A stretch of DNA of 54,023 nt from Octopus bimaculoides (lineage: Eukaryota): positions 32,365,441 to 32,419,463 of the forward strand of contig NC_068997.1 in assembly GCF_001194135.2 (NCBI RefSeq), read 5' to 3'. Shown one piece after another: positions 47,768 through 54,023 of the stretch. Made by a program: the position numbers and the translations under genes. The notes under the pieces were generated by a model, which was given only the letters and a program-made list of their open reading frames with translations, did not search any database and was not told the DNA's origin. Numbering within the stretch: the stretch's first letter is position 1; each line of letters opens with the position of its first letter.

Positions 47768-49530
47768 GAGAGAGAGAGACTAATAGATAGATATACATAT
47801 ACAGAAATGGCAATTTTTGTCTGTTGATCTCTCTGTTACCATCTTGATGCTTACACCAAGGCACCAATCTTGACGAAATTTTGCATACATGTTAAACTAA
47901 GATCTAGTTCAATTATAGGCTAACTGGATTTCAATAAAACTTTAGAATGGGCCCCCTGGGGGACGGCTATTATTTGATAAAATGAGAAGGGTGCAAGAGC
48001 GTTAGTGTGAGGGAAATGTGGTGGCATAATGACTGTGGCTGATATCAGGGAAGAGGGGAACAGCGTTGTGTAAGCAACAAATATGGAGTGGTAGTGGGAT
48101 GATAACGTTAATACAGCTGTCATTCACGGATATACACATACTTTCGTAAATACATGTATACATACACACACACGCACACACACACATGCACATACACATA
48201 AGTAACTTTTAAAACCCAGAAGAAGGGAAAGAAAGGTGAGTGTGAGGAATATATAGTTTAAGGAGAGAGAGGGTAGGCGGCTTTTCTACTGTCCATCGCA
48301 AAGAAACACTCACACACAGACACAAACACATACATACATATATATATATATATACATACATACATGCATACATATTTACATACATACTATACACCATTTT
48401 AAACTCGTGATTACTTGTGTCCACGTTTCAGTGTGTGTGTGTGTATGGGTGTGTGGGTGACGTCCTATAACTGTCTGTCTTTCTGCTTTTGTAGGGTCTT
48501 CCCTGTTACTGTCACATATGGTGAAATTTTAAAATTACGTCAACATTTTCAAATTTGGTATATTGAAATAATTTTCCACGTTAAATCTAATTTTGGTATT
48601 TATTTGTTCCAGAAAAATTCCAGAAGAATGTTACTGAAGTTCAAAGTTTAATCAATATTACTTAATCAGAAAACAGGACATGGAAGCTGGCATTTTTTGC
48701 TTGATAGCTGTCTATCACAAAATGAAAGTGAAATAATTACGAGCAGGAATTTTCATTAAACAAACGAAAGGAAAGCATTACGACGACCAAAGTTGTAAGA
48801 ACTTCTGAAGTTTTAATAAGTTTTAATGAATAAAGTCATGTGAAACGGTTGAACAGATATGTAAATAATTTACAAAGGAAAAAAATTCTTACTGAACTTT
48901 TTTTGCGAAAAATTGCATAAATCTGTCTTGATCAAGTGGCCTTTCTGTCGGGGAAGGCATGGTCTGGCATGGAATAAACAAAAATTTATATAAGACATTC
49001 TGTTGCAAAAATTGCCTGGCAACGACGGGCTATTCAGCTTGCATGTATACATATGCATGCATACATATACACGTGCGCACTTGCACACAAACATAAATAC
49101 ATATTCTGCCATGCCAGCAACAATAGAGACAAGTATATCCGAATGTTTCAGACTTTCGCTCCAAACCAAAGTACACCTATTTAGATACCACTTCGTGTCT
49201 TTATCCTGGCCGGAAGTCAATACAAAATCTTGTGAAGTGTTAGTGAGAAGACAGAAACACTGAGTGCCTGCCAGATGGACTTAGCTTATAACTGAAATAT
49301 CCAACCTTATCATACCCACTCTATGTTTGAATTATTCTACCTGAGAACTACCTGGGAATATCCTAATTCAATAAACAGGTAGATGAATTGATCAAATGAT
49401 TGAATGCTTTTTGTCGAAACCAACGACGCAGTGGTGTGAATTCAGTGTTAGATGAACTAGGTCAGTAGAGAGCTTAATATTAATTGAAAACTGAATGATA
49501 AGAGAACAGGATGTACACATTCACCTATAT

Positions 49531-49575
49531 TAGCTTACAGCTGTTTCGGTCGGTTATAAGGAATCGTGCACCTAG
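49531..49575 (-). ncRNA. Possible heavily decayed hammerhead remnant
   Basis: ..GACC GAAAC AGCU GU A AGCUA with palindromic helix III; upstream core degenerate (UAGGU GCACGA). Confidence 0.25.
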
Positions 49576-49626
49576 AGTTGAATGAAAGTGCCATATCTTA
49601 TAGTTTCATTAGAGTTATTTAGATGA

Positions 49627-49664
<38 letters not shown>

Positions 49665-49681
49665 GCACNNNNNNNNNNAGG

Positions 49682-49720
<39 letters not shown>

Positions 49721-50409
49721 AGAGAAAGAGTGGTATATACATATATACATACACAATATTAAACGGTAAACTTTATACAAATTAATTTTAAAAGACAATG
49801 ACCACCACGTGACTGAAATCGAATCAAATCGTGCATTAATAGCTGATGTACGAAAAGAATGTAGTAAGTATTACCCTGCAGAGACATTGCTGTATTCCTC
49901 TCTGAAATACATCCAGTTTTATTTATCTGGTCGTGTGTTGCTCACATTGTTCCAGATACACAATGTAATTTTACAGACAGTACTATCATATATGTTACTT
50001 GAGAACGGTTTAATCTATCGGTTGTTTGAAACTTTTCATTTAATTTTCAGTCTGCAACGGTTAATCTTCAGAACAACAAAACAAGAACAGTTATAAATCT
50101 TATACTATTGATTGATTTAGCAATCGATAATTCTTTTATGAAACTATAATTACTGTTGGAATTGAAAAGAAAAAAAAATGATTGAGATACTTCCGACCGA
50201 CGCTGAAATGCTATAAACTCTTCAACGGCGCCACCTGAAGGTCAGATATTTTTGCCTAGAAAGCATGGATCCCTGATCGTACATTACAATCGAAAATACA
50301 CACCGCAACAGCTGATTTGTTAACTATCGAAAGCATTCTTTTACTCTGTAGATTTTGTCTCTCCAAACCAGCTGTGTATTGTGCATCCGTAAGATCTATG
50401 GATTTATCT

Positions 50410-50602
50410 TTTATCCTTTATTTGTTTCAGTCATTAGGCTATGGTCATGCTGGGGCACCGCTAAGAAGGATCTTTAGACGAATGAATTAACGCCAGTACT
50501 TATCTTTCTTAAAGCTTGGTAGTTTTTCTATCGGTATATTTTGCCGGTCCGTTAAGTTACGGGGACGTAAACATACCAGCATCGGTGGTCAAGCGCTGGA
50601 GG

Positions 50603-50661
<59 letters not shown>

Positions 50662-50822
50662 ATCAATATATACAACGGCCTTCTTTCAATTTCTGTATAC
50701 CAAATCCACTCACAAGGCTTTGGTCAGCCAAGGCTCCAGTAGAAGGGACTTGCCCAAGCTGCAACGCAATGGCACTGAACCCTTAACCATGTGGTTGGGA
50801 AGCAAACTTTTTACCTGCGTCT
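50410..50822 (-). mobile_element. SINE family A, full length
   Basis: TTTGTTTCAGTCATTAGGCT..AAGTTACGGGGACGTAAAC..(CA)n..CAAATCCACTCACAAGGCTTTGGTC..ACCATGTGGTTGGGAAGC. Confidence 0.88.
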
Positions 50823-51444
50823 ATGAAATGAAATTAATTTCACTAGATTACTAACAATATCTTTCAAGAATCTTTATTACTAGCATACTCACTAATTTAG
50901 ATAAAAGAAAAGGATTAATTCCACATTATTGTCCCCAGTTCTATCGGAATGTGTTGGAGCAAGGATTTAAATCTTATTCGATAGACTGAAATGTCGTCAA
51001 TAAAGCCTGTCTGTTCTTCAACTGATCACGAAACTGCATGCTTTGTATAATGGAAAAGTTTCAGATATTGGAGTAACCAACAATATCCCTTAACCGAAAA
51101 TCAGAGTATCTAAACTGTCGTCAGCAGAGAAGGCTTCTTCTGATCTGCTTCCAAAAGCTTTAAATCAGAAGGCTCGACCACACAAACTCAAAGCCAACAA
51201 ACTCAATGAGTTTTTTTGGGGTATTTTTTCTTGACGACCACTAGCTTAGATCATGTCGTTTCACTTTACACATTCGACGACCTAAGTTGTCTTTCTAATG
51301 AGAACTGATCCAACAAGGCCTTTGCTGACATAACTTTATTTACCACATATTGTCTGAACGATGATATGTATAAATCTGTACAATCATGAGTAACAATGTA
51401 ATGAATCACTAAATATTTTTCGATAAACCCTACATCATGAATTT

Positions 51445-51565
51445 AGCGGTTCGGCAAAAGAAACCGATAGAATAAGTACTAGGCTTACAAAGAATAAGCT
51501 CAAAGGTCGTTTTGCTCGACTAAAGGTGGTGCTCCAGCATGGCCATAATCAAATGACTGAAACAC
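51445..51565 (+). mobile_element. SINE family A 3' part
   Basis: TTAGCGGTTCGGCAAAAGAAACCGATAGAATAAGTACTAGGCTTACAAAGAATAAG..CCAGCATGGCC..GACTGAAAC. Confidence 0.88.
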
Positions 51566-51880
51566 ATTCCCGCATTCTTCTGCTTTTTCTTGCTCTCCGC
51601 CACCTCCTTCCTTACTTTACTACTAGTGCTGTTTAGAAAAATACCTACGCAAATATTAAGAACAATACATTCAAAAGAGATATCTCAAGAATTAACTCAC
51701 TACTACCATCGTCATGTTAAGAAGAGAGAGGAGAGGTCCGCTGTTTGGATTCAAGACAATAGTCGACAAGTGTTTCTTCCCTAGAAGGAGTCATCAGCGT
51801 GACAATTGTCCTACCCTGTATTAAGAAACCGATATATAAGTATACACACACATACACACATACACACACACACACACACA

Positions 51881-52100
51881 CACGTGGAGTGCTGACAAGT
51901 TCCTAGCTTTGGATAAAAGAAAATACAGGAGGATTAGTTAATTATGATCTTATTCAACATATTCCCCTCTCACATTCACACATTTATTGCAGTTGTCCTT
52001 CAGTTATTCTAAGCTCTGTAAAAGAACTCGGAAGGTTGAGCCTCCAGCCAGAGCGTTCGCGACAGCTATAAAGCCAAGAACTTTTCAGCACCCTCTCATA
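51881..52100. mobile_element. Mariner-derived MITE (about 220 bp)
   Basis: Left CACGTGGAGTGCTGACAAGTTCCTAGCTTT vs reverse complement of right end TATGAGAGGGTGCTGAAAAGTTCTTGGCTTT. Confidence 0.8.
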
Positions 52101-52156
52101 TAGCTAATGTATTAAAGCACTGTGTTTTTACAAGTGTAAAGACTTATAAATTATGA

Positions 52157-52190
<34 letters not shown>

Positions 52191-52909
52191 TGTGTGTGTC
52201 TGTGTGCGTGCGTGCGCGCACGGATTATTTTGTAATTCCGTTCTTTTTATATTCTGTCTTCATCGCGTTCCCAGCTCTGGTGATTGTAATGTTTTGTGCA
52301 CAAACACATAGACACAAACGTACACACATCTACATACACAGAAACTCATACAGACACTCAGAAATACGCGCTTGTGCACGGACAGACGCGCATGCACACA
52401 TATACGCACGCGCACACACACGCACACACATATACACACACAACACACACACACGCAGACATACACACACACACCCTGTCGACTGTAGCAGGCTTAAGGG
52501 ACCTGCGATAGCCATGGGCGTAGATTCTTCTTCCCGGACCAAAGCAGTAAAAGTGAGACCCACACACACACGCGTGCGCATAATATTCTCACACATTCAC
52601 GCACATTCACACACATACATACATGCCGACACATACTCATACACAAATATTTATTCATATGTAAATTCAGATACTTACACATACGTATACACATACATGC
52701 ATACATGCATGCACACTGACGGACAGATAGTCAGACAGACAAAATGGTAGACAGACGGGCAGGTAGACAGACAGGCAGACAGGCAGGCGGGCAGACAGGC
52801 AGGCAGACAGGCAGACAAAGTAGCTTTCAAATATTGCCCCCTTGAGACTGGATATTGGAAGAAAATTAATTAAAACCGCAAACCTCCACACCTCCATTTA
52901 CTCCCACCA

Positions 52910-53243
52910 CAAACGCCACCACCACCATCACTACCACCACCACCACCACCACCACCACCANNNNNNNNNNNNNNNNNNNNNNNNNNNNNNNNNNNNNNNN
53001 NNNNNNNNNNNNNNNNNNNNNNNNNNNNNNNNNNNNNNNNNNNNNNNNNNNNNNNNNNNNNNNNNNNNNNNNNNNNNNNNNNNNNNNNNNNNNNNNNNNN
53101 NNNNNNNNNNNNNNNNNNNNNNNNNNNNNNNNNNNNNNNNNNNNNNNNNNATCATCACCACTACCACCACCACCACCATCGATACCATCACTATCACAAA
53201 CACCATTACCACAACTACTAAAGCCATCACCAGTTTCACCACT

Positions 53244-53286
<43 letters not shown>

Positions 53287-53465
53287 CCACCGGTAACATC
53301 AACACCACAACAATAAATCTCATCTCCAGCACCAGCATCATTAACACCGTCACCAACATCATTAACGCCAAAATCAACACATTTTTTCATAATCTCAGTC
53401 ATTATAACAAACAACACCATCACAGTCATCACTATCCTCATAACGTCCAACACCATCAAAATCAA
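52910..53465. repeat. (CAC/CAT)n degenerate trinucleotide tract
   Basis: Direct. Confidence 0.9.
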
Positions 53466-53737
53466 CTTCGCCATCAAACAGCAGAAATGGGACTCAATAC
53501 AGAAGTTTAAGTGCACGTGAATATACATTCATGCATACACATACACGCCCAGACATATGAGTATGCACATGCGCTCACACACATACAACACTCACATGTA
53601 CGTGCATGTGTGTATGTGTATGAGTGTATATATATCATATATCATATATATGTATATATATGTATATGTTTGTATGTGTATATATACATAAGGGGTTGGA
53701 CTTCTGTGCTATATATATACATATGTATATAAGTGTG

Positions 53738-53795
<58 letters not shown>

Positions 53796-53964
53796 CGTGC
53801 GTGTGTGTGTGCGTGCATGTGTGTATATGCGAGTGACGCCCCTAGTAAACATATTTTCCTTTCTTGCTCGCACAACACTCTCTTGACAAAAGGTTTTTCT
53901 ACCCGAAATATCAAATCATTTAAATATTTCTAAGGCAATGTTTTCATAATAATCTATCATCATC

Positions 53965-53965
53965 C

Positions 53966-54023
<58 letters not shown>
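53965..54023. repeat. (TTA)n microsatellite
   Basis: Direct. Confidence 0.95.

Noticed and set aside
50226-50241. GCGCCACCTGAAGG, CTCF-like motif
   Set aside because: Single short imperfect match; expected by chance in 54 kb.

Overview
Repeat-saturated, AT-rich eukaryotic non-genic (intergenic or intronic) DNA from a gappy short-read assembly with about 18 N-runs, nearly all abutting microsatellites. The repeat families look like those of an octopus/coleoid cephalopod genome; this is inferred from SINE family recognition, not verified. I can support no intact host protein-coding gene. Most long ORFs in the track are artefacts of N-runs or microsatellites. The window holds at least three tRNA-derived SINE families (about 25 copies) and decayed LINEs: CR1-like, RTE, and at least six R4/Dong-like RLE fragments tied to (AAT)n tracts. 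DNA transposon remnants include Tc1, mariner, a TIR-bounded DD37D maT element, and hAT, mariner and Tigger-type MITEs. The most notable signal is a tRNA-headed SINE-like element (38660-38950, minus strand). Its 3' part contains a minimal type-I hammerhead ribozyme with an intact catalytic core, and it sits head-to-head with an inverted, internally deleted copy of itself, a Penelope-like signature. Two further decayed hammerhead remnants occur elsewhere. Secondary signals are a recurring tail-to-tail LINE/SINE arrangement across shared (AAT)n tracts and a possible decayed LRR-type coding sequence whose frame is restored when a hAT MITE is removed.
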